The position numbers and the translations under genes are program-made. A DNA stretch of 64,000 nucleotides from Arenicellales bacterium (GTDB taxonomy: Bacteria > Pseudomonadota > Gammaproteobacteria > Arenicellales > JAJDZL01): the NCBI GenBank assembly GCA_965214785.1, contig OZ243975.1, positions 708,914 to 772,913 on the forward strand. Reading direction: 5' to 3'. Shown piece by piece: positions 1-10,092 of this stretch. Under the pieces are notes generated by a model, which was given only the letters and a program-made list of their open reading frames with translations, was not told where the DNA came from and did no database searches. Within the stretch, counting starts at the first letter, position 1, and each line of letters starts with the position of its first letter.

Positions 1-62
1 CGTCTGAAACGGATGCAGCGTCAGAAGACGAGAACGAAAGTACGGAGAAAAATCAATCATGA
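1..62 (+). CDS. 3' end of an upstream CDS (partial). Probably the acidic C-terminal tail of 30S ribosomal protein S6.
   Basis: Frame 3 reads [19 protein letters not shown]. The stop TGA at 60-62 overlaps the rpsR ATG (ATGA). The acidic tail and the position directly upstream of rpsR-rplI fit rpsF, but only 19 codons are visible. Confidence 0.4.
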   Translation, partial: SETDAASEDENESTEKNQS

Positions 63-289
63 ATTATCGCAGCCGCCAAAGAAGTCGAAGTTACTGCCGC
101 TTTACCGCTGCAGGGGTCACTGAAATCGATTACAAGGATATCGATACATTGAAGGATTTTGTTTCTGAATCTGGGAAGATCTATCCTAGCCGCAATACCG
201 GAACCAAAGCTATCTATCAACGCCAATTGGCACGAGCAATCAAGCGTGCTCGCTATCTGGCTTTGATCGGCTATACCGACTCTCACTAA
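59..289 (+). CDS. rpsR: 30S ribosomal protein S18
   Basis: 76-aa ORF. It contains [22 protein letters not shown]...[16 protein letters not shown], typical of S18, and lies in rpsR-rplI synteny. Confidence 0.95.
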   Translation: MNYRSRQRSRSYCRFTAAGVTEIDYKDIDTLKDFVSESGKIYPSRNTGTKAIYQRQLARAIKRARYLALIGYTDSH

Positions 290-307
290 CTTACCGGAGA
301 GATTCAA

Positions 308-919
308 ATGGAAGTTATTTTGCTTGAGGCAATAAACAAACTTGGAAATCTGGGCGACACCGTTAAAGTCAAGCCAGGGTATGCTAGGAATTATCTGCTG
401 CCGCAGAAAAAAGCGGTTCGAGTTACAGCCGAATCAATTGCAGAAGTCGAGAATCGTCGCGCTCAGCTTGTCAAAGAAGAAAAAGAACGCTTAGACGTTG
501 CTGTGGCGCGGGCAGAGTCTTCGATCAAGTCTCTAACTTTTGTCAAGCGAGTTATTGACGATCAAGGACGTCTTTTCGGTTCGGTATCTGTTAGCGAGAT
601 TATTGATAAAGCCGAGCAAGAAGGTACAGAAATATTACGCTCAGAAGTCGACTTGATAAGCGGACCGATCAAAACTGTTGGCACACATCAGATAACCGTC
701 AAAGTCCATCCAGAAGTCGCTTTCAATATGGATATCATTGTTGAAAAAGGTGATATGGAATCCAGCATGTCAGATTTGATTAATGATGAGGCTGCACAAA
801 ACGAACAAGACGACACTGCAGATGAATCAACTGCAGCAGAGACTGAAACTTCAGCTGAATCAACCGAAGAACAATCACACAGTCAGACAGAAGAAGTGAC
901 TGAGAACAAGACTGATTAG
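308..919 (+). CDS. rplI: 50S ribosomal protein L9 with a roughly 55-aa acidic C-terminal extension
   Basis: The N-terminus MEVILLEAINKLGNLGDTVKVKPGYARNYLLPQKKAV matches L9. The protein is 203 aa, whereas E. coli L9 is 149 aa. The tail is rich in D/E/S/T/Q. Confidence 0.95.
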   Translation: MEVILLEAINKLGNLGDTVKVKPGYARNYLLPQKKAVRVTAESIAEVENRRAQLVKEEKERLDVAVARAESSIKSLTFVKRVIDDQGRLFGSVSVSEIIDKAEQEGTEILRSEVDLISGPIKTVGTHQITVKVHPEVAFNMDIIVEKGDMESSMSDLINDEAAQNEQDDTADESTAAETETSAESTEEQSHSQTEEVTENKTD

Positions 920-2355
920 TGGCAACTGTAAACCTATCAAGTCATGACCGTGAGGCTCTTGAAACCAAGCAGTCTTCTTCTCAATTAAACGTAGCGCCCA
1001 ATCAGCCATTTGCCGAACAAGCCGTCATCGGCGCCATATTAAGTGACAATGAGCAATACGATGCTGTTGCTGACAAACTCACGCCGCGAGATTTTTACAA
1101 TCAACGCCACCGGATTATTTTTGAGGCGATTAAGAGTCTGCATGATAATCGAGAAAGCATTGACTTAGTCACAATGAAAGAACAACTCGAAAGAGTTGGT
1201 GAGCTTGAAAATATCGGCGGAATTAAATACCTGGCAACGATTCAACAGGATACGCCTAGCACGCTAAATGCAGCATCATATGCCAAAATCGTGCAAGACA
1301 ATTCTATATTGCGCGGATTGCTTAGAAGCGCATATAAAATTCAGCAAATGGTGTATGACTGCAAAGACGCCAGCTCACAATCCGTATTAAGTGATGCGCA
1401 ACAGGTATTATCCGAACTTGGCGAAAATTACAGCCAAGGTGATGCCGTCATTCCCATTGCGCAGTCTGTTGCTGAGGCTTTTCAAGGAATTAATGAACGG
1501 CTGAAAAACCCCCAGCGCGGTAATATCACAGGGGTAGCCTCAGGCTTTATCGATCTCGATGGAGTGACATCAGGCTTCCAACCTTCAGACCTAATTGTTA
1601 TAGCGGGTCGACCATCTATGGGCAAGACCGCCTTGGCCATGAATGTTGCTGAACATGCAGCGATTGTTGACAACCGTACAGTTTTGATATTCAGCCTTGA
1701 GATGCAGGCAGTTCAGCTTGCCATGCGAAGCCTGTCATCAGTGAGCAGTGTGGATTCCAAAGCAATCAGGGAAGGAAACTTGGGACATGGAGCTGAAGGC
1801 ACACGCAATTGGGAAAGTCTTGCACAAGCTATGGAAGTACTCAATGGCGCACCTATATTCATTGATGTAACCCCTGGTGTTACAACATCAGAAATTATCG
1901 CCAAGTCTAGAAAACTCAAGCGGGAAAAACAGCTCGATCTGATCATCATTGACTATTTACAACTGATGCATACCAAAGACAATAACTACCAGAATAGGGC
2001 GACTGAACTTGCAAATATGACGCGTGATTTGAAGTTCCTTGCAAAAGAGCTGAATGTGCCGATCATCGCTTTGTCTCAGCTCAATCGTGAGGTTGAATCC
2101 CGCCCCAATAAGAGACCACTATTAGCAGACTTGCGAGAATCCGGTGCGATCGAACAAGATGCCGATCTGGTATTGCTTGTATATCGGGACGAATACTACA
2201 AACCCGACAGCAAAAACAAAGGACTCGCGGAAGTCAATGTTGCAAAGCACAGGAACGGGGAAACGAAAACAATCAAACTGGTTTTTGCCCATCAATACAC
2301 AAGATTCGACAATTACGCTGACGCTGCGGGTTACGAGGAGATCCCGGGAGACTAG
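919..2355 (+). CDS. dnaB: Replicative DNA helicase DnaB
   Basis: 478 aa. It has the Walker A motif GRPSMGKT, plus IIIDYLQLM and ALSQLNR motifs. The GTG start overlaps the rplI stop by 1 nt. Confidence 0.95.
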   Translation: MATVNLSSHDREALETKQSSSQLNVAPNQPFAEQAVIGAILSDNEQYDAVADKLTPRDFYNQRHRIIFEAIKSLHDNRESIDLVTMKEQLERVGELENIGGIKYLATIQQDTPSTLNAASYAKIVQDNSILRGLLRSAYKIQQMVYDCKDASSQSVLSDAQQVLSELGENYSQGDAVIPIAQSVAEAFQGINERLKNPQRGNITGVASGFIDLDGVTSGFQPSDLIVIAGRPSMGKTALAMNVAEHAAIVDNRTVLIFSLEMQAVQLAMRSLSSVSSVDSKAIREGNLGHGAEGTRNWESLAQAMEVLNGAPIFIDVTPGVTTSEIIAKSRKLKREKQLDLIIIDYLQLMHTKDNNYQNRATELANMTRDLKFLAKELNVPIIALSQLNREVESRPNKRPLLADLRESGAIEQDADLVLLVYRDEYYKPDSKNKGLAEVNVAKHRNGETKTIKLVFAHQYTRFDNYADAAGYEEIPGD

Positions 2356-2358
2356 CGA

Positions 2359-3453
2359 ATGATTGAAGAGTCTTCATCGAGACGAATATACGGATCGGTT
2401 GACTCTTTAGCAATCACCCACAATCTTGCGGTTGCCCGCAACTGCGCTCCAAATTCCAAAGTCATGGCGGTCGTCAAAACGAACGCTTACGGTCACGGTC
2501 TGGTTCCCGTTTCAAAGCTGTTGGACGATTCAATCGATGCATTAGCAGTAGCGACCGTAGATGAGGCGCTAACACTGCGACGTGCGCAAGTGCGCTCGCC
2601 GATTTGCGTACTGTCCGGATTTTATTCAGCAGATGACCTTGAACGGATCGTAGCCCGTGACATCTCGGTTGTGGTGCATTGTGTACAGCAGATTGAAGCG
2701 ATCAAGCATTCAAAAGTGTTCAATAAAGTTCCCATCTGGCTGAAAGTCAATTCAGGTATGAATAGATTGGGATTTTCGACGAATTCGATTGAATCAGTTT
2801 TTGACGAACTTGATAATATGGACAATGTCGACTTAGTTGGAATCATGTCGCATTTTGCTTGCGCTGATGATGTCAATTCGAACTATACACTCGAGCAGAC
2901 TGATCGATTCATCAACGCAACAAAGAATATCCCATTGCCGCGAAGTATTGCCAATTCTGCAGGGATTCTAAAGTGGCCAAATAGTCATCTGGATTGGGTT
3001 CGCCCCGGTATTATGCTTTACGGCGCGTCGCCGATCATAGGTCAGAATGCAAGCCAATTGGGTTTGCGTCCTGCGCTAGATCTCTACTCTACGATCATCG
3101 CCATTCACAAAATTCGAAAAGGCGAGAGAATTGGTTATGGATTGAACTGGACAGCTTCTGGCGACACCGTAGTGGGAATCGTCGCCTGTGGTTATGGTGA
3201 CGGTTATCTTCGAAGTGCGTCTTCACAAGCCCAAGTTCTCGTTAATGGAGTACCAGCTAACATCATTGGGACAATATCAATGGATACAATGGCTGTTGAC
3301 GTAACAGACCACTTGGAGGTGAAAACAGGCAGTGCCGTTAAATTAGTCGGCGCTGGAATTCCCGTTGAAGATGTTGCTGCTTGCGCAAATACGATTCCAT
3401 ATGAGTTTCTCTGTTCATTCAATCCGCGTACTGTAACGATTGATTTTGCCTGA
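2359..3453 (+). CDS. alr: Alanine racemase
   Basis: 364 aa. It has the PLP-lysine motif AVVKTNAYGHG and lies in dnaB-alr synteny as in other gammaproteobacteria. Confidence 0.9.
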   Translation: MIEESSSRRIYGSVDSLAITHNLAVARNCAPNSKVMAVVKTNAYGHGLVPVSKLLDDSIDALAVATVDEALTLRRAQVRSPICVLSGFYSADDLERIVARDISVVVHCVQQIEAIKHSKVFNKVPIWLKVNSGMNRLGFSTNSIESVFDELDNMDNVDLVGIMSHFACADDVNSNYTLEQTDRFINATKNIPLPRSIANSAGILKWPNSHLDWVRPGIMLYGASPIIGQNASQLGLRPALDLYSTIIAIHKIRKGERIGYGLNWTASGDTVVGIVACGYGDGYLRSASSQAQVLVNGVPANIIGTISMDTMAVDVTDHLEVKTGSAVKLVGAGIPVEDVAACANTIPYEFLCSFNPRTVTIDFA

Positions 3454-3464
3454 TCAATGCAACT

Positions 3465-4286
3465 TTAATCCGCTCGAAGCAATTCGTTCAAACTAGTTTT
3501 CGCTCTTGTTTTTTCGTCAACTTGCTTGACGATGACTGCGCAATAAAGGCTGTATTTTCCATCTGTCGAAGGCAGATTGCCGGAAACGACGACAGATCCT
3601 GGAGGAACCTTTCCGTAACTGATTTGACCTGTATCGCGGTTGTAGATTTTAGTGCTTTGGCCGATATACACACCCATCGATATGACTGATCCTCGACCGA
3701 TGATAACGCCCTCTACAATCTCACTGCGTGCTCCGATAAAACAGTCATCTTCAATGATCGTCGGTGACGCCTGCAGGGGTTCTAACACTCCACCTATGCC
3801 GACGCCTCCTGATAGGTGAACGTTTTTTCCTATTTGTGCACAAGACCCAACTGTAGCCCACGTGTCCACCATGGTACCGTCATCTACATAGGCACCGATA
3901 TTGACATAACTTGGCATCAGTACAACATTTTTCCCAATATAACAGCCTTCCCGTACGGTTGCCGGTGGCACAACTCTATATCCTCCATCGACAAATTGCT
4001 GTTGTGAAAAGGTTTCAAACTTTCTACCAACTTTATCGTAGTAGACTGCGCCTGCGTCGTTAATTACCCGGTTATCTCTGATTGCAAATGAAAGCAAAAT
4101 TGTCTTTTTCAACCATTGATGGACAATCCATTGGCCATCGATACTTTCGGCAACCCGCAATTGTCCGTTGTTGATGTAACCGATAACATTTTCTATCGCA
4201 TTGCGGATGTCTTCAGGACAATTGTTAGCACTTAGATTTGACTTGCTTTCAAAAGCGTCATTAATGATTGATTCGTAATGGTCCAT
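3465..4286 (-). CDS. dapD: 2,3,4,5-tetrahydropyridine-2,6-dicarboxylate N-succinyltransferase
   Basis: 273 aa with a hexapeptide-repeat C-terminal half. It lies in dapD-glnD-map synteny. Confidence 0.9.
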   Translation of the reverse strand: MDHYESIINDAFESKSNLSANNCPEDIRNAIENVIGYINNGQLRVAESIDGQWIVHQWLKKTILLSFAIRDNRVINDAGAVYYDKVGRKFETFSQQQFVDGGYRVVPPATVREGCYIGKNVVLMPSYVNIGAYVDDGTMVDTWATVGSCAQIGKNVHLSGGVGIGGVLEPLQASPTIIEDDCFIGARSEIVEGVIIGRGSVISMGVYIGQSTKIYNRDTGQISYGKVPPGSVVVSGNLPSTDGKYSLYCAVIVKQVDEKTRAKTSLNELLRAD

Positions 4287-4551
4287 GGAACTTAAATTTT
4301 GAAATTGGAGTTTAAATATGTTTGCAACAAGTGAATTGGATGCCCCTTAGAGGGTAAAACGCCGCCATAGTGTGCCAGACTAGAATGACCCGTTCAAAAA
4401 AACAAATCGAACGAAGTATCCAGACGAAGAATATACAAAATATCTGCAAGTTTGGAGTCGACTAGAAATCAGCATCATTTCTGCGGGTAATCGGGTGTTT
4501 GATTTGGCGACAGTCTTTTCATCGATGTTACGGGTTAAACGGTGTGAGAAG

Positions 4552-7227
4552 TTACATTTGTTTAATGACTAAAGCCTTGATGATTTGGACTTCCAAGGAT
4601 CGCTGGACAGCTTCATCCTGCAAAGGCTCATCATCTCGGTCGACTATAAAAAAAACATCTTCGACTCTAGCGCCGGAGGTCGTAATTTTTGCAGAAAGCA
4701 AGTGTATTTTGTGGTCTAGCAGCGCTCGCACCACGTGATACAAAAGCCCGGGACGGTCCTGCGCGGTGACTTCCATAATCGTATAGTCATTGTTCGGAGA
4801 TCGGGTAAAGCGAACCTGCGTTGGAAATGCAATATGGCGTGCGACACGATCCTGAGCAACCAATCGTGGTGAGTGGTCAACTATCCGGTTGACCATAGCA
4901 CTTCTGACTTCTGATTCAAACTTACGTAAATTAGTATCACTGATACCTTCATCTGGTTGACGAACCAAAACTACAAACGTAAAAACTGTAAGTCCAGTTT
5001 TCAATGGATGCGTTCTGGCTTCGACCACGTTCAGATAACATCGGTCAATTGCACCTGCGATGATGGCAAACAGTTCTTCCGACTTGGCAGCGATCACAAA
5101 AATCTGATAAACATCAATAGAAGGGTGTACACGGAAATTCACGCAGGGCAGGGCAATCGCATTGGTTTTCGCACAATTTTCAACATGCCAGGCGATTGTG
5201 TTTGCATCATAACTGAGAAAATACTCATCATCACACAATTCCCACAACCGGTTGGCTACGTCTTTGAGCTGAGAATTTCTGCCGATTACCGCCAGTGTAT
5301 CGATCTTAATTTCCTCTATACGAGGTTCGATTTCGCGATGTGGTAGAGTATCGGTCAAAAGCATATGGGAAGTCGCAAGATACAGGTGTTCGAGCATTTT
5401 GCCTTTCCAGTCGTTCCACACCGTCGGGCCGGTGCCTTGCATGTCCGCAACAGTCAGCAAAAGCAAGTGATCGAGATGCTCTTGATTGCCAACTTTCACA
5501 GCAAACCTTGCGATTACTCCAGAGTCATTAAGATCTTCACGTTGACTTGTAAAACTCATTGCCAGATGATTTCGAACTAACCATGCTATGAGATGAGAGT
5601 CGTAGTCATCCATTCCCAGTTTCTTACAAAAGGCAAAAGTCTCATGTTCGCCCAGTTCACTGTGATCTCCTCCCTGGCCTTTGGCAATGTCATGAAACAG
5701 TCCTGCAAGAAACAGTCTTTCAATCTTTATGATTCGCGACATGGCTTCTGCAGCGAGTGGGAAAGTCTTCGCGCTGTCAGACAAAGTCAGTGAATGAAGA
5801 TTGCGTACGACATTCAATAAATGTGCGTCCACCGTGTACACATGAAAAAGATCATACTGCAATTGTCCTGTAATGCGTTTGAATTGGGGGACAAGTCTTC
5901 CAAGCAGTCCGGTATCGTCCATAAGTCCAAGGGTTTCAGGCAGACGATCGGCAGTAGCGAAAATACTGCGCAGCATGGACTGAACAGTTGGCTTTCGACG
6001 AATTTTGCTGTTAATCAGCATTCGGTTTGATCGCATAAGACGAAGAGTTTTTGCACGAACCCCACGGATACGTCCGTTATTTTGAAATACACAGCAAACT
6101 TCAAGCAACACTTCCGGCTGGGTGCTGACTTTGTCAGGCTCTATCAAGTCCAAGAAGCCATCGACCATTTGAAATTTGTGATCAATGGTTTTTATTTTTG
6201 AACGTTGACGAGTCAAAAATGATTCTTCATAATGCTGAAGTAATATCTGATTAATATGACGCAACTCTTTGACTGTGCTGAAGTATGTTTTCATCAACTT
6301 TTCTACAGCTTTGTTTGCGTTGTCGTCAGTAAAACCAAAATTCTTGGCAAGTTTGAGTTGATGAGAGAAAAGCAGCCTGTCGTCTCGACGTCCAAGTTCA
6401 AAGTGCAATTCGTTTCGCAGTCGCCAAAGGTAGTTCCGCCCTTCGATTAGTGTTTGATACTCGTCATTGTGTAAAAATCCTCTGTCAACGAGTTCACGCA
6501 GGTTGCGACTGCCAAAGTGGCGTTTTGTCACCCACGAAACGGTATGAATGTCACGTAATCCACCGGGGCCTTCCTTAATATTGGGTTCCAGGTTATAAGC
6601 GGTGTCTGCGAATTTGCGATGACGATTTCTTTGTTCTTGTAATTTGGCCTTAAAAAATTTACGAGCTGGCCAAATTTTCGATTGTTGAAGGCTGGTTTCA
6701 AGTTCGCGATAAAGCGATTGATGTCCTGCACAGTAACGCGATTCAAGCAAGTTGGTCATGACCGTGATATCTGCGGCAGACTGACTGATGCAGTCCGACA
6801 GTGTTCTTACACTGTGTCCCACTTCAAAACCGATGTCCCAGAAAAACCGCACCATTTGTTCAATAGAGCGGTTTACATTGTCATTGCATCCGGTACCCAG
6901 CACCGTCATGATATCGATATCAGAATGCGGATTGAGTTCTTCACGACCATATCCGCCAACTGCAACCAGACAGCAAGGGTTGTTGATTTCATGGGAAGCC
7001 ATAAACAGTTCCCAGACATCCTTGAGCACGCGATCGACTGTTTCGACCCGATACGCAACAAGCTGGGAGGCTGAACAGCCATTTTTGTGCAATGTTTTGA
7101 TTGCTTCAGCATCGTGTTCGACACGGTGCCGAAAGCTTTCAAGACAAACGTCTTTCGATGCAGAGTTGGCTTTCGGTAAAGCCAATTTTACGGAACCTGA
7201 TAAAAATCGGGATTGATAAGGAAACAA
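4552..7227 (-). CDS. glnD: Bifunctional [protein-PII] uridylyltransferase/uridylyl-removing enzyme
   Basis: 891 aa. It has a nucleotidyltransferase motif (GGYGREELNPHSDIDI), an HD domain (LFHDIAKG) and two C-terminal ACT-like regions. Confidence 0.9.
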   Translation of the reverse strand: MFPYQSRFLSGSVKLALPKANSASKDVCLESFRHRVEHDAEAIKTLHKNGCSASQLVAYRVETVDRVLKDVWELFMASHEINNPCCLVAVGGYGREELNPHSDIDIMTVLGTGCNDNVNRSIEQMVRFFWDIGFEVGHSVRTLSDCISQSAADITVMTNLLESRYCAGHQSLYRELETSLQQSKIWPARKFFKAKLQEQRNRHRKFADTAYNLEPNIKEGPGGLRDIHTVSWVTKRHFGSRNLRELVDRGFLHNDEYQTLIEGRNYLWRLRNELHFELGRRDDRLLFSHQLKLAKNFGFTDDNANKAVEKLMKTYFSTVKELRHINQILLQHYEESFLTRQRSKIKTIDHKFQMVDGFLDLIEPDKVSTQPEVLLEVCCVFQNNGRIRGVRAKTLRLMRSNRMLINSKIRRKPTVQSMLRSIFATADRLPETLGLMDDTGLLGRLVPQFKRITGQLQYDLFHVYTVDAHLLNVVRNLHSLTLSDSAKTFPLAAEAMSRIIKIERLFLAGLFHDIAKGQGGDHSELGEHETFAFCKKLGMDDYDSHLIAWLVRNHLAMSFTSQREDLNDSGVIARFAVKVGNQEHLDHLLLLTVADMQGTGPTVWNDWKGKMLEHLYLATSHMLLTDTLPHREIEPRIEEIKIDTLAVIGRNSQLKDVANRLWELCDDEYFLSYDANTIAWHVENCAKTNAIALPCVNFRVHPSIDVYQIFVIAAKSEELFAIIAGAIDRCYLNVVEARTHPLKTGLTVFTFVVLVRQPDEGISDTNLRKFESEVRSAMVNRIVDHSPRLVAQDRVARHIAFPTQVRFTRSPNNDYTIMEVTAQDRPGLLYHVVRALLDHKIHLLSAKITTSGARVEDVFFIVDRDDEPLQDEAVQRSLEVQIIKALVIKQM

Positions 7228-7265
7228 ACCATCAGATCAAACTATATAAATTCGGCAAATAGTGC

Positions 7266-8042
7266 TTAGACTTCGCCAGTCATAGGGGAAAGAGTAAGAA
7301 TTTCATATCCATTTTGCGTTACTGCAATGGTGTGTTCCCACTGAGCTGAAAGGCTGCCGTCGTTAGTCACCACTGTCCAGCCATCGGCCTGTAGCCTCGT
7401 TTCTTTTTTACCTGCGTTGATCATGGGCTCAACCGTAAACACCATACCAGGCATGATTTTCAAACCCGAATTTGGTTCTCCGTAATGCACAACTTGAGGT
7501 TCTTCGTGGAAATTCCGACCAATTCCGTGTCCGCAATATTCACGCACTATTGAATAGCCGTGGCGCTCAGCATATCGTTGTATTGCATAGCCGATGTCAC
7601 CAAGTGTAGCCCCTGGTGCGATTTGCTCGATGCCTTTGACCATGCTCTCATGACAGATTCGACAGATTCTTGCAGCTTTGATGGAGGGTTTGCCAACCAA
7701 AAACATTCGAGATGTATCTCCGTGGAATTCGTCTTTAATCACCGTTATGTCAATGTTGATGATGTCTCCGTTTTTTAAGACTTTGTCATTCGGAATTCCA
7801 TGACAGACGACATTATTGACTGAAGTGCAGATTGATTTTGGAAATCCGCGATAGTTCAAAGGCGCTGGTATGCACTGCAAATCCTTAGTAATGTATTCGT
7901 GACAAATTCGATTTAGTTCGTCAGTAGAAACACCTTCGACAACGTGCGGTTCAATCATGTCGAGTACAGAAGCGGCAAGGCGGCCAGCGACACGCATTTT
8001 TTCGATTTCTGCTTGAGTTTTTAAAGTAAAAGGGGCTGTCAC
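7266..8042 (-). CDS. map: Type I methionine aminopeptidase
   Basis: 258 aa. Motifs include VCHGIP, DIINIDITV, GHGIG and EPM. GTG start. Confidence 0.95.
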   Translation of the reverse strand: MTAPFTLKTQAEIEKMRVAGRLAASVLDMIEPHVVEGVSTDELNRICHEYITKDLQCIPAPLNYRGFPKSICTSVNNVVCHGIPNDKVLKNGDIINIDITVIKDEFHGDTSRMFLVGKPSIKAARICRICHESMVKGIEQIAPGATLGDIGYAIQRYAERHGYSIVREYCGHGIGRNFHEEPQVVHYGEPNSGLKIMPGMVFTVEPMINAGKKETRLQADGWTVVTNDGSLSAQWEHTIAVTQNGYEILTLSPMTGEV

Positions 8043-8387
8043 GGTTTACAACGATTCAAAATTCTTTCTTTTCAACTTCTATTGTCGGATGACACTTGCA
8101 CTCATAGTCCGTCAATTGTCGCATATCAGTGCTACGCTTGCCACGGATACAGGGGATGATCGTGCAGGGGGAGTACGATAACACAAGATAATGTTCAATT
8201 GACGAAATACTGCGGAACAAATGGGCTCATGAACTGTATTAGCCGAACATTATTCAAATAGTCAATGCGTTAATATTCAGTGAACATACGAACTGTAAGA
8301 TTACGTAAAGTGAATTGTTACAAGAGGCAGTGAATACTTTGTGCTGACTTCACCATGGCCATTCGCAGTGAGGCAGCGCACTGAGCA

Positions 8388-9878
8388 TCAATCAACGGTA
8401 TATTGAGCAACCATATCGACTGCCTTTTTCCATCTCCTCAATAACCTTTTACGTTCATTGCAATCCATCTGCGGTTCAAAAACGCGGTCAAGCTGCCAGT
8501 TATTTTTGATTGAATTCAAAGATGAAAACAACCCGATGTGCAGTCCCGCCAGAAAAGCAGCGCCTAACGCGGTAGTTTCGGTATTGGTTGGCCGATCGAC
8601 CGGGAGATTGATTACATTACAAAGAAACTTGCAGAACCAGTCGTTGTTCGCCATTGCGCCATCGATTCGCAGACGTGCGACGGTACTGCCGTCGCTACGA
8701 ATCGCTTCAAGCAAGTCTGCTGTTTGGTAAGCAACTGATTCCAAGGCCGCGCGGGTGATTTGTGCTTTTCCGGTATCCCTCGTTATTCCGAAAACTGCAC
8801 CACGCGCGTTTGGCAACCAGTGCGGTGCACCTAGTCCGGTTAGCGCAGGCACCAGATAAACCCCACAGTTGTCATTGAGTGAAGCAGCGATATCCGCAGA
8901 TTGCGCCGCGTCTTCGAAAAAATTCAATTCGTCCCTTAACCACTGCATTGCTGCTCCTGCCACAAAAATTGATCCTTCCATCGCATAACAAGTCTGTCCG
9001 TTGAGACGGTAACCAACCGTAGATAGCATCTTGTGTTGAGACTTGATCAATTCACGGTCCGTATTGATTACAACGAAACATCCGGTGCCATAGGTGCTTT
9101 TGACCATGCCGGGCTCAAAGCATGCTTGTCCAATCAAAGCTGCTTGCTGATCACCTGCAACACCGCAAATCGGTAGAGTCTGGCCCAATATCAAAGCGTC
9201 GCTAACACCGAAGTCGTCTGCACTGTTTTTCACTTGAGGCAAACACTGTTCAGGAATGGAAAACAAACGCAGCAGATCTGGATCCCAACGCTGGTTGCGG
9301 ATGTCAAATAACATCGTTCTTGAGGCATTGGTGGCATCGGTCACGTGGTTTGCTCTACCAGTCAAATGCCAAATCAAAAAGGTGTCGACCGTTCCGAACA
9401 TCAGTTCGGCGCGCTCGGCACGTTGTCGCACTCCTTCGACATTGTCCAGAATCCATTTAAACTTGGTAGCTGAAAAATAAGGGTCTGGGAACAGTCCTGT
9501 CTTATCTTGAATTAACGGAATCAATCCATCGTGTTGTAGGGAAGCACAGTAGGATGCTGTTCGTCGATCTTGCCATACGATTGCGTTATAAACGGATTCG
9601 CCTGTATTGCGATCCCACACTACAGCGGTTTCGCGCTGATTTGTAATTCCTATTGCTTTGACAGCACCGGGCAAACTTTCCGCGTATTGCAATACTGCAC
9701 GAGCCACCTCGAGTGTCGTTCCCAAAATATCATTCGGGTCGTGTTCAACCCAGCCATCGTTTGGAAAATGTTGAGCAAACTCTTTTTGCTCAGTGTGGCG
9801 AACCTGTCCGTCCTGATCAATCAGGAGTGCCCGAGAACTGGTTGTACCCTGATCTATGCTTAGAATATAGGATTGCAT
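8388..9878 (-). CDS. glpK: Glycerol kinase
   Basis: 496 aa. The N-terminus YILSIDQGTTSSRALLID and the GITNQRET motif are typical of FGGY-family GlpK. Confidence 0.95.
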   Translation of the reverse strand: MQSYILSIDQGTTSSRALLIDQDGQVRHTEQKEFAQHFPNDGWVEHDPNDILGTTLEVARAVLQYAESLPGAVKAIGITNQRETAVVWDRNTGESVYNAIVWQDRRTASYCASLQHDGLIPLIQDKTGLFPDPYFSATKFKWILDNVEGVRQRAERAELMFGTVDTFLIWHLTGRANHVTDATNASRTMLFDIRNQRWDPDLLRLFSIPEQCLPQVKNSADDFGVSDALILGQTLPICGVAGDQQAALIGQACFEPGMVKSTYGTGCFVVINTDRELIKSQHKMLSTVGYRLNGQTCYAMEGSIFVAGAAMQWLRDELNFFEDAAQSADIAASLNDNCGVYLVPALTGLGAPHWLPNARGAVFGITRDTGKAQITRAALESVAYQTADLLEAIRSDGSTVARLRIDGAMANNDWFCKFLCNVINLPVDRPTNTETTALGAAFLAGLHIGLFSSLNSIKNNWQLDRVFEPQMDCNERKRLLRRWKKAVDMVAQYTVD

Positions 9879-10092
9879 TGAAATTTTCGTTTGTCAAAGC
9901 GTTGTTTCTGAGTCTGTATCAATGATATTCGTTTATATCTTGAATTCCGAAGAGTTAAATCGCATAGGATGACACGATTCTATTTCATCATCGTCAGAGT
10001 GTCAGGAAGTGTATTGGACGCGGAATATTTCAACAGTACAAGCGTCAAGGTAATACAATAAGCGCCTGAGTTTTGATGGACTAATACTGACA

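Noticed and set aside
4957-7216. Plus-strand ORFs of 129-142 aa inside glnD (4957-5346, 6682-7074, 6788-7216).
   Set aside because: They are antisense to a well-supported 891-aa glnD. No recognisable domains, so they are treated as shadow ORFs.
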